Positions 9,531 to 19,738 of a stretch of 64,000 nucleotides of DNA are shown here, piece after piece. This DNA comes from a bacterium (GTDB lineage: Bacteria; SAR324; NAC60-12): assembly GCA_965205865.1 (NCBI GenBank), contig CBDBHR010000010.1, positions 1 through 64,000 on the forward strand, given 5' to 3'. The notes below the pieces were generated by a model that saw only the letters and a list, made by a program, of their open reading frames with translations, was not told the DNA's origin and searched no databases. How positions within the stretch are numbered: position 1 is the first letter of the stretch; each line of letters starts with the position of its first letter. The position numbers and the translations under genes are program-made.

Positions 9531-10387
9531 TAAATATTTTTATACAACCCTGTACACAAGCAAGCTCAAGCAACTTTTTGCGAAAGCTGCTTATTTTAAT
9601 GAAAATTTTTTTTAGTGAAGATCTCACGCGTGCCGAGTGCCCATCAGTCCTTGAAATGATTTGCTCTGCATCCCATGCTTTTCGCTCCTGGAAGGGCAGG
9701 ATTGCACCGTATTTTCAAGGACTGACACAGAGAGCAGCGAGGATCAAGTCCAGGATGAGACAAGCACTCGCCATCTGAGGAGTTAAGATGAGCAAAAAAA
9801 TCTATTGACATCCTTTGAATATTTTTATATTGTGTTGGAAGGATGCCTTCGCTATTTTCAAGGACTGACACAGATAGGAGCGAGGATCAAGTCCAGGATG
9901 AGACAAGCACTTGCCATTGAGGAGTTAAGATGAGCAAAAAAATCTATTGACATCCTCTGAATATTTTTATATTGAGAGGATATTGAAGGGGATAATGAAA
10001 TCTACCAGGATTTTGCCATCATCGTTCTTTTGTGATCGTTTTCAAGAAATCACCTTGGGCTGAAGGTTTTTAAGAATTTCTGCTTGTTTTTCGCTTTCGC
10101 TTTTGATAGATTTTAAAAAAGAAAATTGATTACTGCTACACGTTAGTTTGAATGAGCTTCACTGAACACCACTAAGATTCAGCCAGGAAAGAGGAAGAAA
10201 ATAGAAAAAAGAAGAGCAAGATCATGGGAGGATAAAAAAATAGGGAATAATCATAATCAAATTATTCTTATCTTCCCAAATGCCCGTAAATTATTTAAAT
10301 AACCATAAGAAAATACTCAATTATTAATGAATCATCTTTTTAAAAAATCCCTTGATAATGAGGTGGATATGAGAGTAAACTCAAATA

Positions 10388-10435
10388 CCCAGTTCCCAGT
10401 TCCCAGTTCCCAGTTCCCAGTTCCCAGTTCCCAGT
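10388..10435 (+). repeat. Heptamer tandem repeat (CCCAGTT)6 plus CCCAGT
   Basis: Direct reading of the sequence. Confidence 0.97.
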
Positions 10436-10494
10436 AATAAGTTCCAAGCAACAAGTCACAAGTCCCCAATCCCAAGTTCTACCCCCTTATATTA

Positions 10495-10711
10495 TCTCGA
10501 CATCAGGGAGAGATCCCTAAGATTCCTCGTTACCCGTTCCGGAAACGGAACGGCAATGGGGAATTTGGAAAATCATTGTCGCCTGAGTGCGTCGGTTTAT
10601 GGTTCATTGCCCAATCCTGGAGCCAATGAATCGGTTTTTTGATCACTTGAAAATGAAGGAGACCCAATGTGTAGAGCAATCGTCGAGAACATGCTTTCGG
10701 GGACGAAAGCA
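10495..10711 (+). ncRNA. Candidate structured cis-regulatory leader RNA, copy 2
   Basis: Same hairpins as 3036-3251, with loops GAAA and GGGA and one compensatory C-G to T-A pair. Confidence 0.45.
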
Positions 10712-10759
10712 GGCTTTAAATCAATTCTTAATTTTGAACATGCAATCGAAAGGAAAAAG

Positions 10760-12538
10760 ATGGAAAATCAAAAAAGCAAATCAACCTTCAGTGCAATCCT
10801 GCTGTCCCTCACCCTGATGGTGGCCGCCTTCTGGGTCAGTTCAGCCGTCGCAGCTGAGAAAAAGATGGTCAAAGACCCGGCCACCGGGGAGATGGTGACA
10901 GTACCGGAATATGGCGGGACAATCACCTTCGCCCGAAAAGAAGAGATGCCGGGTCCTGACACCGTGGTCTCTGGTCCCTGGGCACAAGCTTATGCCGCTG
11001 GTGTTTCAGAGAAGCTGGCCATCGCGGACTGGACAACGCCCAGAGACAAATTTGACTTCCAGTTTCACAGCCCTCCAACTCACTCGAAAGGGCAGCTGGC
11101 GGAAAGCTGGTCGCAGCCCGACCCCCTGACGTATATCGTCAAAGTCCGCCAGGGCGTGCATTGGCACAAGAAAGCCCCATTGAACGGTCGAGCTCTGACG
11201 GCCCAGGATATCGTGATCAACTATCACCGTATGTTGGGGATAGGCAGCGGTTTTACCGAACCGAGCGAATTTGCTACTACCTTCAAAGGGATGCAATTTG
11301 AATCGATCACGGCCTCCGACAAATCGACGGTTGTTTTTAAGCTGAAGGAGCCACACCTCGATGCGCTGGCTGCTATCCTCGATGGCGGCATCGCTTGGAT
11401 ATATCCCCCCGAGGTCATCAAGGAACAAGGGGACGTTACGGATTGGAAGAAACTGGTCGGCACCGGACCAATGATGCTGACTGACTGGACCAAGGGCAGC
11501 TCGATCACCTGGGAGAAGAATCCTGACTACTGGGGCACCGACGAAAAATACCCGCAGAACCGCTTGCCCTATATTGACCGGTTAAGGTCCCTGATTATGC
11601 CCGAAGTGGCGACGGCGCTGTCGGCACTGCGCACGTGTAAGGTTGATTACGTAGGCCCGATCGGCGCAGCTCAAATGAGGACTCTGGACCAGGTAGAGAG
11701 CCTCCAGCGGACTAACCCTGAACTCGTGATTTGGCCGTATACCAATCGGTCAGATAACGGTATTGGCATGAACGTTCAGATAAAGCCCTTTGACGACATC
11801 CGGGTGCGCCAGGCCATGCAGATGGCCATCAACCTCGAAGAAATTAACAATGCCTTCTACAAGGGTTTTGCAGATGTGATACCTCAGGGGCAGACACACC
11901 GGTCTTTTACAGAGGTTGTCACCCAATTTGAAGAGTGGCCCGAAGAGGTCAAGAAAGTCTTTGACTACGACCCGGAAGGTGCCGAAGCGTTGCTTGATGC
12001 GGCCGGGTATCCTCGCGGCGCCGACGGCATTAGATTTAAGACCGAGTTGATGCACCTCGAGCGCTACGATTTGAACTATGTCCAATTAGTCGTTTCATAC
12101 TGGGCTGATATTGGCATTGAGGTTGAGATTGAAGTACAGCCCGCCGCTGTCTTTGGCCCTAGAAGAAGTGAGAGGAATTTCGTAATGATCAATGCGGAAG
12201 CGGCCGGAAGGTGGTTCGTATTGCCACTGCAAATGCGCTATACGCCGAGCGCACCATGGAACAGCTCCAATGTCAACGACCCGGTTTATACAGCCAAGTT
12301 TGAAGCCGGCGGAAAGGCTACCACCATCGAGGAGTGGAACAGGATAGCTGGAGAGTTGAATCAGTATGCGATCGAGAAGTTCTGGACGATATGGGGTCCG
12401 ATGGCCCCACAGTATCTGGGGATCCAGCCGTGGGTCAAAGGTTTTAACGGTGAAACGATTTTGGGAAATGGTCAATATAACACCGTCTTCACCCGCCTCT
12501 GGATTGACCAGGACCTGAAGAAAGAAATGGGTCATTAG
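10760..12538 (+). CDS. ABC transporter substrate-binding protein, family 5 (alternative in-frame start at 10667)
   Basis: Signal peptide ending AVA-AE, PEYGG, LAESW, GTGP, KNPDYW, PFDDIRVRQAM, RLWID. Confidence 0.93.
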   Translation: MENQKSKSTFSAILLSLTLMVAAFWVSSAVAAEKKMVKDPATGEMVTVPEYGGTITFARKEEMPGPDTVVSGPWAQAYAAGVSEKLAIADWTTPRDKFDFQFHSPPTHSKGQLAESWSQPDPLTYIVKVRQGVHWHKKAPLNGRALTAQDIVINYHRMLGIGSGFTEPSEFATTFKGMQFESITASDKSTVVFKLKEPHLDALAAILDGGIAWIYPPEVIKEQGDVTDWKKLVGTGPMMLTDWTKGSSITWEKNPDYWGTDEKYPQNRLPYIDRLRSLIMPEVATALSALRTCKVDYVGPIGAAQMRTLDQVESLQRTNPELVIWPYTNRSDNGIGMNVQIKPFDDIRVRQAMQMAINLEEINNAFYKGFADVIPQGQTHRSFTEVVTQFEEWPEEVKKVFDYDPEGAEALLDAAGYPRGADGIRFKTELMHLERYDLNYVQLVVSYWADIGIEVEIEVQPAAVFGPRRSERNFVMINAEAAGRWFVLPLQMRYTPSAPWNSSNVNDPVYTAKFEAGGKATTIEEWNRIAGELNQYAIEKFWTIWGPMAPQYLGIQPWVKGFNGETILGNGQYNTVFTRLWIDQDLKKEMGH

Positions 12539-12547
12539 AGGTTTCAG

Positions 12548-13507
12548 ATGAGAGCCTATATCATCAGACGGTTATTGCTGATCCTCCCCACCCTGTTTAT
12601 TTTGAGCATCCTGGTCTTTCTCTCGGTGCGCTTCATCCCCGGCGATGTCATCGACGTCTTGCAAGGGAGGATGCAATACTCAGAATCGGGGGTGCTTGAC
12701 CGGGAAGCGCTTGAGCGCCGTCTGGGATTGGACGTGCCTGCCTGGGTGCAGTATGGACGCTGGATCGGCGATATTCTCCTGCACGGCTCTCTTGGCAAGT
12801 CCCTGCTGACCAGTTACGCGGTAGAGGAGGTGATCTTAGAGAGACTGCCGGTCACCCTTGAGTTGGGTGTCCTGGCAATCCTCATCGGGCTTGTGATCGC
12901 GCTGCCCGTTGGCATCTACTCGGCGATTCGCCAGGATACGGCTGCCGACTATTTGGGGCGCAGCATCGCCATCATCGGCCTGGCCACACCGAACTTCTGG
13001 CTGGGAGTGATGGTGATGATCTATCCGGCCATCTGGTGGGGCTGGTCGCCGCCGCTGGAGTTGGTTTCTTTCACAGAAGACCCGCTGGGGAATCTGGCGG
13101 TGTTCATCATTCCCAGCCTGATTCTGGGAACGGCCGCTTCCGCCGCCACCATGCGAATGACGCGCACCATGATGCTGGAGGTGCTGAGGCAGGACTATAT
13201 CCGAACCGCCTGGTCCAAGGGTCTCAGGGAGCGGGTCGTGATTATCCGGCACACCATCAAAAATGCCCTCATCCCGGTGGTGACTCTGATCGGCTTGCAG
13301 TTGCCTATCCTGGTAGGAGGCGCCGTTATCATGGAGAACATCTTCAACCTGCCAGGGCTGGGTCGGCTCCTGGTGGATGCCCTCCAAAACCGAGACTACA
13401 CGATGGTCTCCGGAGTCAACCTGTTTTTCGCCACCGGGGTGGTGGTGCTCAATCTCCTGATCGACCTGATTTATCCCTATTTGGATCCGAGAGTAAGGTA
13501 TGAATAA
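12548..13507 (+). CDS. ABC transporter permease, DppB/OppB type
   Basis: Close paralog of 5087-6088. Confidence 0.95.
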   Translation: MRAYIIRRLLLILPTLFILSILVFLSVRFIPGDVIDVLQGRMQYSESGVLDREALERRLGLDVPAWVQYGRWIGDILLHGSLGKSLLTSYAVEEVILERLPVTLELGVLAILIGLVIALPVGIYSAIRQDTAADYLGRSIAIIGLATPNFWLGVMVMIYPAIWWGWSPPLELVSFTEDPLGNLAVFIIPSLILGTAASAATMRMTRTMMLEVLRQDYIRTAWSKGLRERVVIIRHTIKNALIPVVTLIGLQLPILVGGAVIMENIFNLPGLGRLLVDALQNRDYTMVSGVNLFFATGVVVLNLLIDLIYPYLDPRVRYE

Positions 13508-13509
13508 TC

Positions 13510-13690
13510 GCTGGCGCTCTGGCCAGGGGTTTGCCTGACGATTGTCGTCTACTCCTTCAACATGTTCGGCGATGCCATGCGGGACCTGCTCGACCCCAGA
13601 ATGCGGGGCGGTGAGGGCAGTTACAGCACCGCGATGGTGAAACGCAAACGAGGCCTCCTGGCCCGACTGATCAACCCTTTCAAATGGTAA
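13510..13690 (+). pseudogene. 3' remnant of a DppC-type permease
   Basis: LALWPGVCLTIVVYSFNMFGDAMRDLLDPR...LINPFKW* matches the end of 6081-7016; the rest is deleted. Confidence 0.85.
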
Positions 13691-13858
13691 GCGGACAAAA
13701 GGAAACCCTCCCTTTTACCTTCCTGAGAATCGCTGTTTTTTTTCTTCCTCAAGTTTGGGCCATTGGGAAGAATCAAGCTTGAGAGAATCTATTCCTTTAG
13801 ACCTGGATTATTTATAGTGCTAATTGTTGGGTGTCTTGTTTTATGAATACTAAACGTC

Positions 13859-14089
13859 TTAATCTGTATTGAGGAATTTTTCCAATTCTTCTCGACTGAA
13901 GGTTTCCTGAGTTCGCCTCTTCTCAATGAGTTTCCAAAATGAATGATCACGGCCCAACTCCAATTGTTCCTCGTCTATACCAATCACCAATGCTACGGGC
14001 TTACCTTCCCGCATGACAATGACCCGTTCCCGTTGGGCTTCAATCACGCAAGAATCAAGAGAGGTTTTTTCGAGTCCGATGGTTTTCAT
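13859..14089 (-). CDS. Phd/YefM-like antitoxin
   Basis: VIVMREGKPVALV motif; 4-bp overlap with the toxin gene. Confidence 0.75.
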   Translation of the reverse strand: MKTIGLEKTSLDSCVIEAQRERVIVMREGKPVALVIGIDEEQLELGRDHSFWKLIEKRRTQETFSREELEKFLNTD

Positions 14090-14385
14090 AGGATTTCCTC
14101 CGTTGTTTTATGTGGCGATTTATGCCGAATGGCGCGGACAATCACAACAGAAGTCCGCTCATCGACATCATAAAAGACACGATACTCGTCTAGGCGTAAT
14201 TCCCACACGGGTTCAATATATTCCCATGGAGGAATCAGTCCGACAAGGATTTTTCGTTTTTTGGTTTCGACAGTAGGTTCATGCATCAAATGTTCGTCAA
14301 TACTATCCAGGATTTGAGTGCGATCATATGCCCTCACGCTTTTCAAATCATCTGCAATTCCCTTTGCATACTCAATAGTAAACAC
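14086..14385 (-). CDS. RelE/ParE-family toxin
   Basis: WELRLDEYRVFYDVDE...VRAIRHK. Confidence 0.85.
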   Translation of the reverse strand: MFTIEYAKGIADDLKSVRAYDRTQILDSIDEHLMHEPTVETKKRKILVGLIPPWEYIEPVWELRLDEYRVFYDVDERTSVVIVRAIRHKSPHKTTEEIL

Positions 14386-14626
14386 CGATTAGACCTTTTT
14401 ATGGCTCGCTGTTTTCTAGAATTTTTTGGAGAGCCCCTCACATTCTTCTGCCTCGGTCACTGCTTTTTCAGCTTCGTTTTCAGGAACATGAAGGGGGACC
14501 CCATCCTCACCCACACTCCGTCACTCAAATCAGGGGCCTTGAGCGACGATGAAATTGGAAGAGGAACCACAAAATCCGGTTATTCGACTTGCTTTTGTGT
14601 CAAATTTGATTGCTTTGGAGTTCTGA

Positions 14627-14866
14627 TCAATGATTGTCAAGGTACTCTTCGACTGCTTTTAGGAGGAGCGTCGAGCGTTTTAATCCTTTCGCTTTGCGAA
14701 ATTCATCCACCCGTTCCAGAGCACTCAGTGGAAAAATGATAGAGATTCCTGCCAGGCGATCTTTCACGCGAATAACATCTTCTGCTAATTCCTCATACCC
14801 ATGTTCAGATATTTTGACATCTTTTTGATCCACCAAAGCGAGAATTCGTTCAAAAGTCCTGTTCAT
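14627..14866 (-). pseudogene. Chimeric TA remnant: DUF4258-like N-terminus fused to an RHH antitoxin-like C-terminus
   Basis: [14 protein letters not shown] followed by [36 protein letters not shown]. Confidence 0.55.
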
Positions 14867-14914
14867 ATTCTTCAGCAGGGAATGCTTGAGTGTTCATAAT
14901 GGCTAACAATGATT

Positions 14915-15400
14915 TCACGACGACATTTCTCTCAGAAAATGCAGAAAGCGATTCAAGTCGTTTTTCACCTCCTTATACGTTTTTTCCACCTTTTGAACGA
15001 GTCCTGACAGTTTATCACTATCGATTTCAAAACCATAAATGTTCCGGACGACATGACGAAAGGCCAGGTATTCGGATAGTGCTTTTTCGGTTTTGTGGGA
15101 CAACACCGGCGGCCTGATATTTTCTATGTCCAGCGTCATGCTTCTTAACAAGCGTTTGTGCCAATCCGGCGAGGTTGGCACATTCCCATTGATGTCTCCT
15201 GCTATTTTCTGAAATATTCTTTCATGGCCGGTATAAAAATTGTGCAATTTCAGCGCAAGACTTTCTTCATAGATTCGCTGCTCGCGTGGGGATTGAGGAA
15301 TATTCTGACCTGTCTCTTGAATTTCGGATACCAGCTTTTCCAATAAACGTAATTCATCTTTTATTTCCGCAATCAATTCAGGAAGACTCTCTTTTTTCAT
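14915..15400 (-). CDS. HEPN (HepT-like) ribonuclease toxin
   Basis: LHNFYTG, WHKRLL, Rx4H-type motif FRHVVRNIYG. Confidence 0.85.
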   Translation of the reverse strand: MKKESLPELIAEIKDELRLLEKLVSEIQETGQNIPQSPREQRIYEESLALKLHNFYTGHERIFQKIAGDINGNVPTSPDWHKRLLRSMTLDIENIRPPVLSHKTEKALSEYLAFRHVVRNIYGFEIDSDKLSGLVQKVEKTYKEVKNDLNRFLHFLREMSS

Positions 15401-15749
15401 ACAAAATCTGTCCTTCGGCAATATGGTCTCTCAGCAATTTTTCCATCTCTTCGATGGGTTTCAAATCCACCTCCCAGGGACTGGCCATCATCAGCCTGGC
15501 CAGTGCGGGAAAATATTCTTCCTTCGCCAATCCTTCGACTGCGATGTCAATGTCAGAATCTGCTTCAAAAGCACCTCTGCATAAGACCGAACCAAACAAG
15601 ATAATACGTTTTACACGAAATTCGTCTATGAGAATCTGCTTGAGCGTCTCAGCCTCTCTCAAAGCCGCCTGTCGGTGCTGTTCTTTCTCTATTTCTTTTC
15701 TGAAAAAGGCTTCCTCCCAGTGCTTTTTGTAAACTTGGAATGGTTTCAT
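15378..15749 (-). CDS. Minimal nucleotidyltransferase (MNT) antitoxin
   Basis: LFGS...SDIDIAVEG and VDL motifs; upstream of and overlapping the HEPN gene. Confidence 0.9.
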   Translation of the reverse strand: MKPFQVYKKHWEEAFFRKEIEKEQHRQAALREAETLKQILIDEFRVKRIILFGSVLCRGAFEADSDIDIAVEGLAKEEYFPALARLMMASPWEVDLKPIEEMEKLLRDHIAEGQILYEKRESS

Positions 15750-15911
15750 TGATCAACAATTTGGATGTGACGAATTCTAAGATTATGTTTTCAAGAAAAT
15801 ATGAATAATATTAGACTTATCACAATAGATTGCAATTCAATAACCGGGAAGGAAACGCTTCCATCAAGCTTTCGAAAAAAAACATTGAACCTTCGCGATC
15901 CAAGCAGCTCG

Positions 15912-16181
15912 AAGGAAAAAGATGGATCATCAATAAAGCAAATCAACCTTCAGTGCAATCCTGCCGGCCCTCATCCTGATGGTGGCCGCATTTTGGGTCA
16001 GTTCGGCCGTCGGGGTCGAGCAAAAAAATATATTGACCTCCTCTAAATATTTTTATATTGAGCTGGAAGGTTGCCTTCGCTATTCTGGGAGCGAAAGTCA
16101 CGTATCTCAGACACGTTTTGAAATATCGTCAGATGGTAGGATACTGAATGGCATAATGAATTCTATCAGGATTTTGCCATC
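15912..16181 (+). repeat. Remnant of an SBP signal-peptide region fused to part of the 143-bp repeat
   Basis: 15912-16020 matches 3295-3405; 16018-16085 matches 1877-1945; 16137-16181 matches 2066-2110. Confidence 0.8.
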
Positions 16182-16453
16182 ATAGGGTCAAAACATTGTA
16201 ACTTGTTGATATTATTACTTATAGTCAATTGCTAAAAAATTGGATACATCATAAAATATGTTTATTTATTTCCAGATAAATATTTTGACACTGTTCACTC
16301 ATCATTCCTAAAATAGGTTCAATCGAGCGCATATCTGTTTGATTTTATTGAACTGATAGAAATTTCAAATATTTTAAAATCTTTTAATCCTGAAAATCAA
16401 GCGGTCCGCACAGGCTCTTAAATCTGTCAGAAGTATTGCTTAGAAGGAGAATC

Positions 16454-17422
16454 ATGACTGAAACAACAATGAACGAAAAAGCCCAAATGGGCAGACAAAA
16501 CAACCGCACACACCTACAGAAGGTCAGGTTACCTGCCGGGTCGTTGTTTGATAATCCGGACAAAGCCGCTTTGGAGCAAACTTTCTCGGAGATTCATGAA
16601 TTGAATTTAGAGAGCAACCTGGCTGAATTGGAAGTCCAAGGGTACACCACCATCAAAGAGGCCATCCCCCCCGAGCAACTGAAACGGGCCAAGGAGACGA
16701 TTATTCGGATCAAAGAGGACATCACCGACAAAAAAGTGGATATCGACAACGAAACCGACCCCCTTTGGAGTGACACAAATGTAGTGTTTTACCTGCTGTT
16801 TGAAGACCCAGTGTTTGAATCCATCGTCCAAGCCCCCAAACCTCTGGCTCTGATTTCTTACCTTTTGGGTCGCAGTTGTAAGCTCTCCAGCCTGACCTGC
16901 CACTTCAAAGGCATGGGGGACAATCCGCTCCCGCTGCATTGTGATAATGGCAATGGCCAACCGCCCCCCTTTTCCACGATCTCCGAGGTGGCCAATGTAA
17001 ACTACGCTCTCACCCCCTATAGTGAAGAGGCGGGGGCCTTAGCCATGGTGCCCGGCAGCCACCGGCTGTGCCGCAAACCGCATGGGGATGAAATACAGCT
17101 TGGGGGGGATCATGGCAATCCCAATGCCGTGCCGGTCAATATGGCCCCTGGCGATTGCACCGTGTGGCATGGCAATACCTGGCATGGGTCGTATCGGCGT
17201 CAAGTTCCCGGGATTCGTATGAACCTCGCGGTGTACTTCTGTCGTCAGCACATTCAGACCCAAGAGAAGTGGGGGGAGGTGGTCCCCGATGAGATTCTCG
17301 AACGCCAGGCCAACAACACCCGTTTTCTCCAATTGCTGGGACAGACCCAAGTCTACCCCTATGCTGCGGCAGGTCCCGATCCGGAGAAATGGAAAATGAT
17401 TCCTAAGGGCCAGTTTGACTAA
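16454..17422 (+). CDS. PhyH-family Fe(II)/2OG dioxygenase
   Basis: PLHCD, GALAMVPGSH, WHGNTWHG; RBS AGAAGGAG. Confidence 0.9.
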   Translation: MTETTMNEKAQMGRQNNRTHLQKVRLPAGSLFDNPDKAALEQTFSEIHELNLESNLAELEVQGYTTIKEAIPPEQLKRAKETIIRIKEDITDKKVDIDNETDPLWSDTNVVFYLLFEDPVFESIVQAPKPLALISYLLGRSCKLSSLTCHFKGMGDNPLPLHCDNGNGQPPPFSTISEVANVNYALTPYSEEAGALAMVPGSHRLCRKPHGDEIQLGGDHGNPNAVPVNMAPGDCTVWHGNTWHGSYRRQVPGIRMNLAVYFCRQHIQTQEKWGEVVPDEILERQANNTRFLQLLGQTQVYPYAAAGPDPEKWKMIPKGQFD

Positions 17423-17668
17423 GAAAGGGGATTTAGGTGATTTCCCAAAAAGAGTTTACCAGAATCGCGTCGGATTTTTTTCTGTTGGAAATAATGGAAA
17501 ATGAACAGTCTCAATTTTTCCTCAAATACTACCCGGTTGCGGTCAGAAATCAATTGCCTGGCGGCTTTTATTCATTTTTTCATCTAGAAAAGGAGGTGCC
17601 CTATTTGGATTCATGAAAGTAGTTCGTTAAATCTTTTTTTCCAATTATTCTCTATTAAGGGAGGACAT

Positions 17669-19414
17669 ATGAGTACTATCAGTAAAAAAATGATGACCAT
17701 GTTGGTCGTGTTGTTGGTAGCAGGCGCCGTGTCTGCTGCGGAAATGGTGACGTTGAAGCTGAAGAAACTCGATGGTACGGAGGTCACTAAAGAAGTAGAA
17801 AAGCCGCAATATGGCGGCTCCATTACCGACCTCATGCGGGCCGGAACGACGACGTGGGACCAGTTGTCGGGACGTCACATCAGCCATACCACTACCCCGA
17901 TTTATGATAATATCTGGCAGATGGACTGGACGAGAACAGCAGCGGGGACCGGCGAGGCTCGCTTTGCCGACATCTGGCCTCATTATAAGTATATGACAGG
18001 AGGGATAGCTGAGCATTGGGAATTCAGAGATGGCAATAGCATGAGATTAAGAATTCGCCGGGGCATACACTTCTGGAATAAGGAGGATGTGGTCCAGCCT
18101 CATGACCAGTTGGCGACTGCTTACGGACGAGAAGCCGATGCCGAGGATGTCGCGTTTGCCATCAATATGCATAGTTCCCTTTGGGGCCAACCGTACAAAG
18201 CAGTGCCTCTGGATAAGCGGAACCTTATCATCCAATGGGACCCCGCTGACTATACCTCCATGCCACGGTGGTGGGTTTCTTTCTTTACGGCTATGTTACC
18301 CCGAGAACTCGGAGAACTGGACCGGAAAGATTGGAAAAATGCCTTGGGCACCGGTCCCTTCATCCCCACCGATTTTGTCAGTGGGGGGACGACCACTTTT
18401 AAAAAGAACCCGAACTACTGGGACTATGATCCCCTCCATCCCGAGAACCGGTTGCCTTATCTCGATGGCATGAAGATGGTCCACTTTTCCGGAGATTGGG
18501 GGGCTCAGGTGGCAGCGCTGCGAACTGGCAAACTGGATAAGATTGCCGTCTCGTATGGGGTTCCGACCGATTACGTGGTTGAACTGTCGAAAACCAACCC
18601 CGAGTTGCTGCACACCCCTTCCTCGCCAAATCAATTAGCCATGCCCGTACGGCAGGACTTGGAGCCCTGGAGCGATATCAGGGTGCGCCACGCAGCCATG
18701 CTGGCCATCGACCACCAGGGGATTGTTGACGATTTCTATCTTGGAAACGCGCAGATTGTGCACAATTTGACCTACAAGGAGGGATCAGATCCCTATTATA
18801 TGACCTTGGAAGAACTGCCTGCGGATGTTCGGGAACTCTTTGGCTATAACCCCGAAAAAGCGAAACAGCTCCTGGCCGAAGCCGGCTATCCCAATGGCTT
18901 TGACACCGAGATCGTGACGGCGATATTCCCCGAGGAGTCGGAAATGATTGCCGGTTACCTCGCCGCAGTGGGCATTAACGCCGAAATCAAGGTGATGGAT
19001 CTCACAGCGATGGAGAATCTGATGATGAAGCCAGAGCACTTGGGGATGGCTGTGAAAGACGCTGGCTCCCCCGGGTTGAGCCCCTGGCACTGGTTGGCAT
19101 TTGATATGAATGCCACCATGCCCCATGTTGGTATAATCACCGACGAATCTTGGGATGCCAACTTTCGGGACGCAAAGGCGACCGCCGATCCTGTGGAGCG
19201 GCTCAATAAATGGAAAGCGATCAATGTTACCGCGCTGCGTAACAGTTGGTTTTTGTTCTCAGTAGCGTATTATCCGCACAATTACTGGCAACCGTGGTTG
19301 AAGAACTATAATGGAGAACAGGGATTCTCGTTCAATTTCTGGCACACTAACAAGTTCCTCTGGGTGGACTGTGCCATGAAGAAAGAAAAAAGCGGCCGCG
19401 AGTGTAATGACTGA
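17669..19414 (+). CDS. ABC transporter substrate-binding protein, family 5 (orphan)
   Basis: Signal peptide, KPQYGG, GTGPF, KNPNYW, DIRVRHA, AKQLLAEAGYPNGF; RBS GGAGG. Confidence 0.92.
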   Translation: MSTISKKMMTMLVVLLVAGAVSAAEMVTLKLKKLDGTEVTKEVEKPQYGGSITDLMRAGTTTWDQLSGRHISHTTTPIYDNIWQMDWTRTAAGTGEARFADIWPHYKYMTGGIAEHWEFRDGNSMRLRIRRGIHFWNKEDVVQPHDQLATAYGREADAEDVAFAINMHSSLWGQPYKAVPLDKRNLIIQWDPADYTSMPRWWVSFFTAMLPRELGELDRKDWKNALGTGPFIPTDFVSGGTTTFKKNPNYWDYDPLHPENRLPYLDGMKMVHFSGDWGAQVAALRTGKLDKIAVSYGVPTDYVVELSKTNPELLHTPSSPNQLAMPVRQDLEPWSDIRVRHAAMLAIDHQGIVDDFYLGNAQIVHNLTYKEGSDPYYMTLEELPADVRELFGYNPEKAKQLLAEAGYPNGFDTEIVTAIFPEESEMIAGYLAAVGINAEIKVMDLTAMENLMMKPEHLGMAVKDAGSPGLSPWHWLAFDMNATMPHVGIITDESWDANFRDAKATADPVERLNKWKAINVTALRNSWFLFSVAYYPHNYWQPWLKNYNGEQGFSFNFWHTNKFLWVDCAMKKEKSGRECND

Positions 19415-19466
19415 TATCCCAACTCCCCCCTTTTTTTCAAAGGGGGGAATGGGCTGTCGGTCATAT

Positions 19467-19620
19467 CTCGAGGGGCGTTCTCTCCTGGCGTGAGCGCGCC
19501 ACTGAGAAGACCTGGTCCCAACTGTTTGAGGAGCCGGTCACCATCCATGGGCAACAGTATCGCATTGTGAAAGACCCCACCACCAATGACCATTTGTCTC
19601 TGAACTATGTCCCTATGTGG
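19467..19620 (+). pseudogene. 3' fragment of a PhyH paralog of 569-1575
   Basis: Matches 1415-1566 at the nucleotide level. Confidence 0.85.
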
Positions 19621-19695
19621 AATCGTTCCCACACTTTTCGTGGAAATGCAGACTAGTAGTCTAACAGGTTCAAATTGATGAACGTGTAGCGTGAA

Positions 19696-19738
19696 AAAAA
19701 TGGGGACATGTACTTTTTTGTTACATGTCCCCATTTTT
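19696..19738. repeat. REP-like 17-bp inverted repeat
   Basis: AAAAATGGGGACATGTA and TACATGTCCCCATTTTT. Confidence 0.75.

Larger units (their letters stand above)
9558..10921 (+). repeat. Duplicated upstream block, copy 2
   Basis: Matches 1683-3468; two 143-bp units (9711, 9854) but only one 117-bp-type unit. Confidence 0.9.
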
